Assembly: GCA_963735595.1 (NCBI GenBank)
Contig: CAVTLK010000004.1
Coordinates: 256,001-320,000 of the forward strand
DNA length: 64,000 nt
From: an uncultured delta proteobacterium
GTDB lineage: Bacteria; Desulfobacterota; Zymogenia; Zymogenales; Zymogenaceae
Reading direction: 5' to 3'
Below, in pieces: positions 32,475 through 43,009 of this stretch (its first letter is position 1; every line of letters begins with the position of its first letter). The position numbers and the translations under genes were made by a program. The notes under the pieces are model-generated. The model did no database searches. It was not told the DNA's origin and was given only the letters and a program-made list of their open reading frames with translations.

Positions 32475-32885
32475 ACGGCCTCGCAATGACGGCGAAGTGA
32501 CGTAAACGGAGGACGGGCACGACATGTCGTGCCCCTACGGATTCAAACGGGTAACGTCCATAACACCCGTAGGGGTCGCATATATGCGACCCGTCCGATA
32601 CGATGATCTTACACCGGGCGGGTGTTTGCCACGTCGCCTTCGGCTCCTCGCGATGACGGGTCAGGTTCCCGGAGTTAGTCAGGGGATTGCCACGTCGGCC
32701 CCGCAGGGCCTCCTCGCAATGACGGAGAAGTGCAATCCCAACCCGCCACGCCCTTCACTAAGACGGGCACGACGTGTCGTGCCCCTACAAATTCTAACAC
32801 GGTACGTCCTTAACACCCGTAGGGACACCACATGTGGTGTCCGTCCGATCCCGCCCACGGGCAACCTGTCGGTTCGCCCGTGCCC
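32475..32885. repeat. REP-like cluster (GTAG doublets and CGCAATGAC units)
   Basis: GGGCACGACATGTCGTGCCCCTAC, GTAGGGGTCGCATATATGCGACCC and related units. Confidence 0.85.
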
Positions 32886-32990
32886 CCCTCTTTTCCCCTT
32901 GACATTGCTGCGTTTTTCGTGGTATCAAATTACATTTATTTCCTTTGAAAAATCAAGGAGATATGAGAACGCGTGCACCCGGAGACAACG

Positions 32991-35778
32991 ATGGACTATA
33001 AAGAAACGCTCAACCTTCCCAAGACCGAATTCCCCATGAAGGCCGACCTCACCAGGCGGGAGCCGATGTTCCTTGACCGCTGGACCGAGATGGGCCTCTA
33101 CGACCAGATCAAGAAGGCCTCGGAGGGCCGCGAAAAATACATCCTGCACGACGGGCCGCCGTATGCCAACGGGCACATACACCTGGGCACGGCGCTCAAC
33201 AAGATCCTCAAAGACATCATCGTCAAGTCCCGCTTCAAGATGGGGTTCGACAGCTACTACGTGCCGGGGTGGGACTGCCACGGCCTTCCCATCGAGCACC
33301 AGGTGGATAAGGAGCTGGGGGCGGCCAAGGCCACGATGAGCAAGACCGACATCCGGCGCAAGTGCCGCGCCTTTGCCGAGCAGTTCATCGACATCCAGCG
33401 CGCGGAGTTCATCCGGCTGGGCGTGCTCGGCGAGTGGTTTGACCCCTACCTGACGATGGCCTACGACTACGAGGCGACCATCGTGCGCGAGCTTGCGAAG
33501 TTCGCGCTCTCGGGCGCGGTCTACCGCGGCAAGAAGCCGGTCTACTGGTGCTCGACCTGCGTGACGGCGCTGGCCGAGGCCGAGGTGGAATACCACGACC
33601 ACGTGTCCCCCTCGATCTACGTCAAGTTCCCGATGATCGACGACCTCTCGGCAGACTTCCCGGCGCTCAAGGGGAAATCCGTATATGTCGTCATCTGGAC
33701 CACGACCCCCTGGACGATCCCGGCAAACCTCGCCGTGGCGCTCTCCCCCGAATATACCTACGTCGCCGCCGAAGTGAAGGGCGGCGAAGTCTACATCCTG
33801 GCCGAGGACCTGGCCGACCGCGTGCTGCATTCCTTCGGGATGGGCGACTACACGGTCCTGGCGACGTTTTCCGGCAAAGCGCTCGAAGGCAAAAAGGCGA
33901 AGCACCCGATCTACGACCGTCCGTCGGTCGGGATACTGGCAGATTACGTGACGCTGGAGGCCGGCACCGGCATCGTCCATACCGCGCCCGGCCACGGCCA
34001 GGAGGACTACGAGTCCGGCCTGAAATACGGCCTTGAGATCTACGCCCCGGTGGACGACCACGGCAAGTTCACCGACGACGTGGAGTTTTTCGCGGGGAAG
34101 TTCGTCTTCGACACCAACGGCGAGGTGATCAAGAAGCTCGACGACCTGGGCATGCTGCTCTTGAAGAGCGACTATTCCCACCAGTACCCGAGCTGTTGGC
34201 GCTGCAAGAACCCGATCGTCTTCCGCTCCACGCCGCAGTGGTTCATCTCGATGGAGACCAACGACCTGCGCAAGAACGCGATGGCCGAGATCGACCGGGT
34301 GCGCTGGATACCCAAGTGGGGGCGGGAGCGCATCTCCGGGATGATCGAGAACCGGCCCGACTGGTGCATCAGCCGGCAGCGCTCGTGGGGCGTGCCGATA
34401 ACCTTCTTTTATTGCGCCTCCTGCGGCAAGGAGATCATCGACGCACAGAGCCTGGAGCGCGTCGCCGAATTCGTCGCCAAGGAAGGCGCCGACGCCTGGT
34501 TTGACCGCTCCGTGAAAGAGCTCGCCGCGCCGGGGCTGACCTGCCCCGCCTGCAAGGGGACGGAGTTCACCAAGGAAGAGGACATCCTCGACGTCTGGTT
34601 TGACTCCGGCGTGAGCTACGCCGCGGTCTGCGAAAAGCGCCCGGGCCTCAAGGCGCTGCCCGACATGTACCTCGAGGGCAGCGACCAGCACCGCGGGTGG
34701 TTTCACTCGTCGCTGCTGGCGTCGGTCGGGACACGGGGGCACGCGCCCTACAAGGAGGTCCTCACGCACGGGTTCCTCGTGGACGGCGAGGGCAAGAAGA
34801 TGAGCAAATCCCTGGGCAACTTCATCGCCCCCGAGGAGGTCATCGACAAGTTCGGGGCCGAGGTGCTGCGCCTCTGGGTGAGCGCCGAGGACTACCGGGA
34901 CGACATCCGCATATCCCAGGAGATCCTCCAGCGGCAGTCCGAGGCCTACCGGCGCATCAGGAACACGGCGCGGTTCATCCTGGGTAATCTGTATGATTTC
35001 GACCCGAAAAAGGACCTCGTTGCGGCGGCCGACATGCCCGAGATCGACCGGTATATCCTCATCAAGTTCACGAAGCTGGCCAAGCGGATCGTCGAGGCCT
35101 ACACGGCCTTCGAGTTTCACGCCATCTACCACAGCATCCACAACTTCTGCACGGTGACGCTGTCTGCCTTCTACCTCGATATCCTCAAGGACCGGCTCTA
35201 CACCGAGCCCGCGGGATCGGCCAAGCGCCGGGCGGCCCAGAGCGCGATGTTCATCATCCTCTCCGGCATGACCCGGCTCATGGCGCCGATCCTCTCGTTT
35301 ACCGCAGACGAGATCTGGGAGATGCTGCCGGGCGACGGCAAAGAGGCCAGTGTCCATCTGGCGGCATTCCCGCCGGTCGACGATTCGCTGTTGGACGACG
35401 GCTTAGAGGCCGCGTGGGACAAGCTCATCGAGGTCAGGGAGCAGGTGCAGAAGACGCTGGAGGAGGCGCGGCGGGGCAAGGTCATCGGGCATTCGCTGGA
35501 CGCCGTGGTGACGCTCGCGCGCGAAGGGCAAGGAGAAAGACCTGCTGGCGAAATACGCGGACCAGCTGTCCGATATCTTTATCGTCTCCAAGGTCGTGCT
35601 GGCCGATACCGCGCCCGCGGGGGCGACGGCAAGCGAGACGGTCCCGGGGCTTTCCGTGGCCGTGGCCAAGGCGGCGGGCGCCAAGTGCCCCCGCTGCTGG
35701 AACTATACCGAGGATATCGGCACGGACGCCGCCCATCCCGAGGTCTGCGGGTCGTGCGCGGGAAATTTGAAAGGTTGA
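32991..35778 (+). CDS. ileS: Isoleucyl-tRNA synthetase (apparent frameshift near 35520, likely an assembly error)
   Basis: [21 protein letters not shown]-terminal CPRC..CGSC Zn finger in the shifted frame. Confidence 0.96.
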
Positions 35779-35814
35779 AAGGCTGAGGGCCGAAGGCCCG
35801 TAGGAGCAAACCGG

Positions 35815-36333
35815 ATGAAGAGTGCGTTGGCAAAATATCTCCTGTTCGGGGTGGTGAACCTCGTTATCGTGGCGTCCGACCAGTGGACCAAGCTTATCGT
35901 CGAGCGGCATATGTTCCTCAACGAGTTCATCACGATCGTCCCGAACTTCTTCGACATCCGCTACATCAGGAACACCGGGGCCGCCTTCGGGCTGATGGCG
36001 CGCCTGCCGGACGGCGCGCGACTGCCGTTTTTAGTCGGCGTGTCGCTGGTGGCCATCGGGATGATCTTCTTTCTCTTCGTGAAGGCCGAAAAGGAGCGGG
36101 TGGCATATCTCTTATCACTCTCGCTGGTCTTCGCCGGGGCGATCGGAAACCTGGTCGACCGGGTCATGTTCGGCGAGGTGCGGGACTTCCTGCACATGCA
36201 CATCTATAACCTCTCCTGGCCGATATTCAACATCGCCGATTCGGCCATCACCGTGGGCATCGTGCTGCTGTCGTGGCAGCTACTCATCGTCGAGCCGAGG
36301 CTCGAAAAACTGCGGGAGGGGAAGGCCGCCTGA
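35815..36333 (+). CDS. lspA: Signal peptidase II
   Basis: DQWTK, NTGAAFG, GNLVDR, FNIADSAI. Confidence 0.96.
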   Translation: MKSALAKYLLFGVVNLVIVASDQWTKLIVERHMFLNEFITIVPNFFDIRYIRNTGAAFGLMARLPDGARLPFLVGVSLVAIGMIFFLFVKAEKERVAYLLSLSLVFAGAIGNLVDRVMFGEVRDFLHMHIYNLSWPIFNIADSAITVGIVLLSWQLLIVEPRLEKLREGKAA

Positions 36334-37181
36334 TGCATCCAATCCTTTATTCATTCGGCGGGGTCACGCTCTATACGTACGGCATGATGCTCTCGATCGG
36401 GTTTCTCACGGGCTTCGCGCTGTTTCTCTTCGACCTGAAGCGGCGGTCGCTCTCGGTCGACACGGGTATCGACCTCGCCTTCTGGGTGCTGCTGTCGTCC
36501 ATCGCGGGGTCGCGGCTGGTCTACGTCCTGTTGAACCTCTCCTATTTCGGGAAGAACCCGGTGAAGATATTCATGCTCTGGGAGGGGGGGCTGGTCTGGT
36601 ACGGGGCCTTTTTGGGGGCGCTGGCGGCCGTCGTCATATACTTTCGCGTAAAGAAACTGGACGGCTGGCTCTGGGCGGATATCGCCATCCCCTACGTGGC
36701 GCTGGGCCAGGCCATCGGGCGGATCGGCTGCTTCATGGCGGGCTGCTGCTACGGCATGCCCACGGACCTGCCGTGGGGGGTCACGTTTACCCAGTCGGAG
36801 ATCGCGCCCCTCGGCGTTGCGCTGCACCCCACCCAGCTCTACGAGATGCTCTTTAACCTTATAATATTTGCGGTCCTCTTTTTCAGGAGAAACCGGGTCT
36901 CGTTCCGGGGCGAGCAGTTCCTCTCGTACCTCTTTCTCTACGGCGCGGCGCGCGGCATCGTCGAGATCTTCCGGGGCGACCCGCGGGGGTTCTGGCTCTG
37001 GGGTACGGTCAGCACGTCCCAGCTCATCGGCGCGGCGATGATGGCGGCCGGGATTGTCCTTTACTTCAGGATTCGGGTGAAAAACCGGATCAGTCCCGCG
37101 GATGCGGTCCCGGCGGCCGGGCGGGGCGTCCCCGCGAAGGGCGCGGGGAAGAATTCTCCCAAAAAGAGCGATAGGAGTTGA
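36333..37181 (+). CDS. lgt: Prolipoprotein diacylglyceryl transferase
   Basis: GRIGCFMAGCCYG, HPTQLYE. Confidence 0.95.
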   Translation: MHPILYSFGGVTLYTYGMMLSIGFLTGFALFLFDLKRRSLSVDTGIDLAFWVLLSSIAGSRLVYVLLNLSYFGKNPVKIFMLWEGGLVWYGAFLGALAAVVIYFRVKKLDGWLWADIAIPYVALGQAIGRIGCFMAGCCYGMPTDLPWGVTFTQSEIAPLGVALHPTQLYEMLFNLIIFAVLFFRRNRVSFRGEQFLSYLFLYGAARGIVEIFRGDPRGFWLWGTVSTSQLIGAAMMAAGIVLYFRIRVKNRISPADAVPAAGRGVPAKGAGKNSPKKSDRS

Positions 37182-37183
37182 TC

Positions 37184-37690
37184 ATGGCGCACGGGAAAAA
37201 ATTCATGGAAGTCCTCTTCCCGCCCTACCGGCTCACCGACGAGGTCCCCTTCGGGTTCTGGTACGTCGGGTTTTTCGGCATGGTGGCGGCGTTCTTCAAC
37301 CTCTCGATCAATTTCTTTTCCCACCTCTCGGTCGCCCTGGGCAGCTTTACCGGCACCCTTGCGCTGTCCGGCATACCGCGCGACCCGACGGGGCTGGATA
37401 TCACGCTCTCGATCGTGTTCGCGCTCTACTACCTGGTCAGCGCGCCGCTGTTCGTCCGGCTATCGTCGGCCTACTGGAACTTCAAGCCGAAGGCGAAACA
37501 AAGGCTCCTGATCCTGGTCTCGATAGACGTCTTCATCTTCTGCCTCTACAACGTCCTCTTCTTCACGGGGATCTACCTCTACCGGAACCACTACCTGATG
37601 CCCAAGCTCCCCTTGTACGCGGTGCTGGCGGCGGTCGCCGTCTATTTTTTGATGGGGAAGTCGGACGAGGAGGCCAAAAAGGCCGTGTAG
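37184..37690 (+). CDS. Hypothetical 4-TM membrane protein
   Basis: Hydrophobic ORF with AGGAG RBS and host-like codon usage. Confidence 0.7.
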   Translation: MAHGKKFMEVLFPPYRLTDEVPFGFWYVGFFGMVAAFFNLSINFFSHLSVALGSFTGTLALSGIPRDPTGLDITLSIVFALYYLVSAPLFVRLSSAYWNFKPKAKQRLLILVSIDVFIFCLYNVLFFTGIYLYRNHYLMPKLPLYAVLAAVAVYFLMGKSDEEAKKAV

Positions 37691-38401
37691 GGGTAGGGAT
37701 ACTACGTATCACCCGTACGTGTATCTAACACGGTACGGTTTAGCACCCGTAGGGGCGGCAACTCTCAACCCTGTCGCCATTGGCGACGATTATTATTGTC
37801 ATTGCGAGCCCACGAAGTGGGCGTGGCAAACACCGCCCGTTTTGAGTTTACCTCACTTCACCGTCATTGCGGGGGCCCGAAAGGGGGCGCGGCAAACAGC
37901 GCCCGTTTTGCGTTTACGCCACTTCACCGTCATTGCGAGCGGCCGTTCTACACTTCGGCTGTCATTGCGAGGAGCGTAGCGACGTGGCAATCCCCTCACT
38001 GTCACCGTAGACCGATCGCGTCATTGCGACGGCGCGGCAGCGCCCGTGGCAAACACCGCCCGTTTTGCGTTTACCTCACTTCACCGTCATTGCGGGGGCC
38101 CAAAGGGGGCGCGGCAAATCACCCCCCGAAGCGATGGGTGCCACCGACAAGCAAGGCTTGTCGGTGTCCCTCCCGGCACGGGCAACCTGGCGGTTAGCCC
38201 GTGGCACCCGGCCCGCCGGTTTATACTCTTGATTCCACCGTCATTGCGAGCCGCCGCCCGACACTTCGGCTGTCATTGCGAGGAGGCCCGAGCGGGCCGA
38301 CGTGGCAATCCCCTGACTACGTCCCGTAAACGCCGTTAAACCGCACGTCTTTCCTCCGTTGTATGGGGATTGCTTCGGTCGTTTCACTCCCTCGCAATGA
38401 C
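37690..38401. repeat. Dense array of GTCATTGCG-family palindromic units
   Basis: GTCATTGCG at 37798, 37863, 37929, 37961, 38020, 38086, 38240 and 38272; inverted copy at 38393. Confidence 0.92.
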
Positions 38402-38464
38402 GGTTGGAACGCCGTATCCCTCCCTTTCCTCCCCTCCCTTCCATTCATAAATTCGTTATCGCCC

Positions 38465-38500
38465 CCCGCCCTGCCGTACGATGGTCGGGCGGGTTTTTTT
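38465..38500 (+). terminator. Intrinsic terminator-like hairpin just upstream of the Zn-finger gene
   Basis: CCCGCCC..GGGCGGG followed by a T7 tract. Confidence 0.6.
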
Positions 38501-38516
38501 ATTTTGGGGGACGACT

Positions 38517-39113
38517 ATGACGTTTGATTCGCGTCGGGGTGGATACGTCTCGTTTGCCGCCGTCAAGGCGGCGACCGGCCTCACCGACCTGGTGCTCGAA
38601 TGCGGCGTGGAGATAAGCCGGTCGGGGATGGCGCTCTGCCCCTTCCACGACGACTGGCGGCCGTCGCTCTCGATCCGGGGGGAGCGCTGGCACTGCTTCG
38701 GGTGCGGAGCGCACGGGGACGTGTTTGACTGGTGCGAGCGCTTCCACCGGATGGACACGGGCGGGGCGCTCCGGTACCTGGCGGCGCGGGCCGGGTTCGC
38801 GCGCGTTTCGTCCGGGGGGGCGGCGGCCCCCGTGCCCACGCCGGAGGAGGCGGCCGCGCGAAGGCGGAGGGAGCTGCGGGACCGCTTCTTTTCGTGGATG
38901 CACGACGGGCGGGGCAAAAACGCCGAGCTCATCCGGCGGCTGGATAGCATCATCGGCGCTTTAATCAAGACGCCGGAGGACCTCGCCACGGAGACGGCGG
39001 AGTATCTGTATGACAAACGGACGCGGGCCGAGGGGGCAAAGGAGACGCTGTGGGACCGGGACTGGGAGGTGCTGGCGGAATACTATCGGGAGGAGACGAT
39101 TGGCAAAGTATAG
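38517..39113 (+). CDS. CHC2 (DnaG-type) zinc-finger protein without a TOPRIM domain
   Basis: CPFHDDWRPSLSI..WHCFGCGAHGDVF. Confidence 0.85.
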   Translation: MTFDSRRGGYVSFAAVKAATGLTDLVLECGVEISRSGMALCPFHDDWRPSLSIRGERWHCFGCGAHGDVFDWCERFHRMDTGGALRYLAARAGFARVSSGGAAAPVPTPEEAAARRRRELRDRFFSWMHDGRGKNAELIRRLDSIIGALIKTPEDLATETAEYLYDKRTRAEGAKETLWDRDWEVLAEYYREETIGKV

Positions 39114-40263
39114 GAACCCCTACGGGGATATCGACGTGCGGTTAGAGGTGATCGAGGTGGAGCGGGAGGAGCGGGCGGCGATTGATCATAAACGGCAGGA
39201 ACACGCTGCCGTTGTGTATGAACGGCGGGAGGAGCGGGAGGCGATAGAGAGCGAAGGGGGCGACGCGATCGACGGGCTGATCTCCGCGGACGCGATCCTT
39301 TCGACGGCCTGGCCGGAGCCGCGGTGGGCGGTGCCCGGGCTGCTGCCGGCGGGGCTGACCATCTGCGGGGGCAGGCCCAAGGTCGGCAAGAGCTGGCTGG
39401 GCCTCCAGCTGGCGCTGGCGGTGGCCGGCGGCGGGCAGGTGCTGGACACGCGGGCCAAGGAGGGCAGGGTGCTCGTCCTTGCGCTGGAGGACCCGCCCCG
39501 GAGGCTGAAGGAGCGGATGGACAGGCAGCGCTGGCCCCGGGGCCTGCCGGTGGAAGTCCTGCCGCTGGGCAAATTCCAGGAAAAGGTCGGGGACCTGGGC
39601 CGGGGCGGGGCCGGGCGGCTCGCCGACCAGATGGAGCGCGGGCAGTACCGGCTCGTGGTGATCGATACGTTTTCCCGCGCGTTTGCCGGCGACCAGAACG
39701 ACCACGTGGAGATGACGACGGCGCTCTCCCCCATCCAGGAGATCGCCCAGACGCTCAACACGGCGGTGCTGATCATCGACCATTTGCGCAAAGGCGTGGG
39801 GGGCGACGCGGACGCGGTGGTGGACCTGCTGGGCTCCACGGCGAAAGCGGCACTGTGCGACGCGGTGATGGGGCTCTACCGGGAGCGGGGCAAGACGGCG
39901 GCGCGGCTCCTGGTGACCGGGCGGGATATCGAGGAGCGAAGCCTCGCGCTCACGATGGACTGGCAGACGGGGCTGTGGCGGTGCGAGGGCAGGGCCGACG
40001 CGCTGGAGCTTGCCGGCCGGCAGGCCGAGATCGTGGCGGTGATCCGGGAGATGGGAAATGTAGGAATTATGGAGATTTCAGCCGCCGTCGGCCTTAACAG
40101 GGGCGTCGTCTACCGGACGTGCGCCGAGCTATGCGAGACGGGCGTGCTCGTTAAGGGCGGGACCCGCAGCAGCGGTGTACGGTATACGCTTGCGGATGAT
40201 CCACGGGAAGAGATAGAGGGTGATATAGATACGGGATACGGCGGGTATGCCCTGAAACAGTGA
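39100..40263 (+). CDS. AAA_25/RepA-like (RecA-fold) helicase with C-terminal winged HTH
   Basis: GRPKVGKS Walker A, LALED, LVVIDT Walker B, IIDHLRK; TTG start with GGAGG RBS. Confidence 0.87.
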   Translation: MAKYRNPYGDIDVRLEVIEVEREERAAIDHKRQEHAAVVYERREEREAIESEGGDAIDGLISADAILSTAWPEPRWAVPGLLPAGLTICGGRPKVGKSWLGLQLALAVAGGGQVLDTRAKEGRVLVLALEDPPRRLKERMDRQRWPRGLPVEVLPLGKFQEKVGDLGRGGAGRLADQMERGQYRLVVIDTFSRAFAGDQNDHVEMTTALSPIQEIAQTLNTAVLIIDHLRKGVGGDADAVVDLLGSTAKAALCDAVMGLYRERGKTAARLLVTGRDIEERSLALTMDWQTGLWRCEGRADALELAGRQAEIVAVIREMGNVGIMEISAAVGLNRGVVYRTCAELCETGVLVKGGTRSSGVRYTLADDPREEIEGDIDTGYGGYALKQ

Positions 40264-40421
40264 AACAGTGAAACAGTGAAACAGCGAAACAACCCTGTAT
40301 ATAAGTAGTGGGAGGTGTGTGGGGGGGGTGTTTCACCAGTTTCATCCTTCAAGGGGTCTCTGAAACAACGTAAGTATATAGTATCGTTATAAATACGGAG
40401 TTGTTTCAGTTGTTTCAGGTT
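40253..40421. repeat. Iteron-like cluster, putative origin
   Basis: (TGAAACAG)x4 plus CGAAACAA at 40253-40292; inverted GTTTCA copies near 40330, 40340, 40403 and 40412; direct copy at 40361. Confidence 0.8.
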
Positions 40422-40465
40422 TATATGCCGGGCCGCATGTATGCCGCCCGTCTTGAGGCTTGTAC

Positions 40466-40726
40466 GTGGCAATAAATAGTGTGACCTCTTCCGAACCGCA
40501 CAGGGCCCGGATCGTCGAGGCGCTCGGGCGGATGGGGCCTTCCAGGATCGTGGAGATCGCCGGGGCGGCGGGGATGAGCAACGGGGCCGCCTTCCGGTAC
40601 TGCTACGGGATGTACGAGAAGGGCATCCTCTCGCGGATGACAAACGGCAACGCGCCGGTGCGGTATTGCCTTGCCGACGGCGGTGATTATGGTCATTGCG
40701 AGGAGGGCGTAGCCCGACGTGGCTAA
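40466..40726 (+). CDS. Stand-alone winged-HTH protein, paralog of the helicase C-terminus
   Basis: Aligns without gaps to the helicase C-terminal ~60 aa; 3' end runs into a REP unit. Confidence 0.7.
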   Translation: MAINSVTSSEPHRARIVEALGRMGPSRIVEIAGAAGMSNGAAFRYCYGMYEKGILSRMTNGNAPVRYCLADGGDYGHCEEGVARRG

Positions 40727-40830
40727 GCCTAGCAATGTCGCCTCCGGCGACGATTGCTATTGTCATTGCGAGGAGCAAAGCGACGTGGCAACCTACTGTT
40801 ACCGAGAACGCCCCCCCGTCATTGCGAGGG
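40690..40830. repeat. GTCATTGCG-family units
   Basis: Three GTCATTGCGAGG copies. Confidence 0.85.
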
Positions 40831-41077
40831 CGTTAAACGGAAAACCGAAACGTTTCCCTCGGTGAATAAGGGTCAAACGGGGATTTGGCCCCCTTTCTTG
40901 TTGACCCCCTTTCTTGCTTGGCCTCTTTTATCGACTTTAGTGGTATCGGTCAAAAAAGGCTTAAATGATAATAGATAGTACAGTATTTGTTGCTGGATTT
41001 TCGATCAGTTTTAAGATATAGTCTAGATGCAAGACTAAAAGGCGTTAGCGATATTCACATCAGTTTTCAAGCCGGCC

Positions 41078-41962
41078 ATGAAAAGCACTCAAGCGACATT
41101 TCCAATACAATCATCAAACGCGATTGACCTTAACGATGACGCGTGTCGTATTCTAGTCGGCGATTCGCTTAAGATACTCGGAGAGTTCCCTGACAAAGTG
41201 TTCCAATGTTGTATTACATCTCCACCATATTGGGGTCTTCGGGATTACGGTATTGAAGGGCAGGTTGGCGCCGAGATGGATGTTAATGATTACATCGGGC
41301 ACCTGGTAAAAGTATTCCAAGAAGTTAGGCGAACACTTCGGAATGACGGCACGCTCTGGCTGAATATAGGCGATTCATACACAAGTGGGGGGCGGACTTG
41401 GAGACAGAAAGATTCAAAGAATAAAGGCCGCCAGATGGATTACAGGCCTCCGACGCCAAGAGGGTTGAAACCTAAGGACTTAATTGGCGTTCCATGGAAA
41501 ATTGCTTTCGCCCTTCAAGAAGACGGTTGGTATCTTAGGTCTGATATCATTTGGTATAAGCCGAACTGTCAACCTGAATCTGTCAAGGATCGTCCGACCC
41601 GAGCACACGAATATCTATTCTTGTTTTCAAAGACGGAAAAAGGGTATGTATATAATTATGAGGCTATTCTAGAGTCTACTAAAGAAGGAAATGGTAAGAA
41701 GAACCGAAGGACTGTTTGGGCCATAAATACCAACGGGTTCAAGGGCGACCACTTCGCGGTGTTCCCTCCTTCCCTTGTCGAGCCGTGTATGCTGGCAGGT
41801 TCAAATGAAGGCTCCACAGTTTTAGACCCCTTTTTTGGAACGGGAACTGTTGGCGAAGTAGCAATAAGAAAGAAACGAAAGTGCGTAGGCGTTGAGCTTA
41901 AGCCCGAATATGCCGAAATAGCTATAAAAAGATTGAAATCAGCAACACCGGAATTATTCTGA
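41078..41962 (+). CDS. N4-cytosine-type (beta class) DNA methyltransferase, M.SmaI-like
   Basis: TSPPYWGLRDY motif IV precedes DPFFGTGT motif I; AT-rich. Confidence 0.9.
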   Translation: MKSTQATFPIQSSNAIDLNDDACRILVGDSLKILGEFPDKVFQCCITSPPYWGLRDYGIEGQVGAEMDVNDYIGHLVKVFQEVRRTLRNDGTLWLNIGDSYTSGGRTWRQKDSKNKGRQMDYRPPTPRGLKPKDLIGVPWKIAFALQEDGWYLRSDIIWYKPNCQPESVKDRPTRAHEYLFLFSKTEKGYVYNYEAILESTKEGNGKKNRRTVWAINTNGFKGDHFAVFPPSLVEPCMLAGSNEGSTVLDPFFGTGTVGEVAIRKKRKCVGVELKPEYAEIAIKRLKSATPELF

Positions 41963-42736
41963 GTTACCCACCGGTGAGAATTTCCATTCCGCATGTATAA
42001 TACAGTACTTCTTATCTAAATTTTTTATCTGAAGTTTCCTTTCTGTCCCACCATCAAAGTAAAGAGAGAATTTAAGTTTCCCCTTTTCATAGACATAGCA
42101 ATATCCGGGTTTCGGGAATTGGGAGCTACTATGCATCATTTCGAGTTCCCCTTGCATTGCTTCGAGGAGCAAGTCTTTTGGAATTTCCACTAGTTCATAG
42201 CTCCAGTAAATCGGGGGTTTGTCGAGTAGTCGCAAAACCAGTATTCGGTCATATCCCTTCATATGCTTAAAAAACTGGTTTCTTAGACCTACTAGTTCTT
42301 CTTCCTTATTAGTCCATACACCTTTCCCTAGCTCATGGAACTTAGAGATATGAATATGACTAGCTTTTGTACTTTTCTCGGCCTGGGTCTTTAACGAAAA
42401 ACGTTGCGTACTGATTTCAATATCATGGCCAGGGTTTCCGGTTTCGGCTTTTTTTGCCGGGATATGATTTTCATTAAGGACCGCTACTAGGGCGAATTCA
42501 AATTTATCTTTAGTAAATGGTTCAATTGAGGAACTATGATGACTTCTCAGGGCGTCAGCAAAGGCATTTAGGATATCTTCATTTACGACTAAATCTGATT
42601 TTTCATTCCGAAAAAAGCTGTGATCGCTTGTGAATTGGTCGACCAGTTGATTTATCTTTTTAAGTTGATTTATTGTAAGTTTCAGGAGTTTTTCGCCAAT
42701 GATCCGTATTAAATTATCCTTCTCATTTAGAGCCAT
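41954..42736 (-). CDS. Type II restriction endonuclease, SmaI-like (CCCGGG predicted)
   Basis: NPGHDI, SLKT, ELGKG, LVEIPK.LLLEA, PKPGY and FSLYFDGG.ERKLQIK blocks recalled from R.SmaI; convergent with the MTase. Confidence 0.8.
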   Translation of the reverse strand: MALNEKDNLIRIIGEKLLKLTINQLKKINQLVDQFTSDHSFFRNEKSDLVVNEDILNAFADALRSHHSSSIEPFTKDKFEFALVAVLNENHIPAKKAETGNPGHDIEISTQRFSLKTQAEKSTKASHIHISKFHELGKGVWTNKEEELVGLRNQFFKHMKGYDRILVLRLLDKPPIYWSYELVEIPKDLLLEAMQGELEMMHSSSQFPKPGYCYVYEKGKLKFSLYFDGGTERKLQIKNLDKKYCIIHAEWKFSPVGNSE

Positions 42737-43009
42737 ATATTAACCTCTATGGTAATTAGCTTTCTTTTCGGATTTCTTTATAACATCCTTTTCGAATAGA
42801 CTCAAGGCCGAAGAAGATAATTACAGTCCTATTTAAATGATAGTCTATTACAATCATTTTCTTGTCGTTATACCTCTATTGTTTGTTGGATTGGCCCCCT
42901 CCTCTCTCACCTCGATTCTCTCCCCATAGGGGCCCGACGAGGCCTGTTTTGTGAGGTGTCAGTCGGGCGGCATTAATACCGTCCCTACATTTCGTACACG
43001 GTGACAGTC

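Noticed and set aside
32925..35357. Long antisense ORFs (also 23354-25474, 16574-18334, 47365-49041, 21123-22565)
   Set aside because: Shadow frames of real high-GC genes with no motifs
35500..35786. Programmed frameshift or pseudogene in ileS
   Set aside because: Essential gene, no slippery motif; one extra base in GCGCGCG fits the window-wide indel pattern
37798..38401. CRISPR array
   Set aside because: The would-be spacers are themselves repeated, unit length is irregular, the motif is dispersed across the window, and there are no cas genes
38517..40726. Intact prophage or host dnaG/dnaB
   Set aside because: No structural genes or integrase; the Zn finger lacks TOPRIM and the helicase lacks the DnaB N-domain
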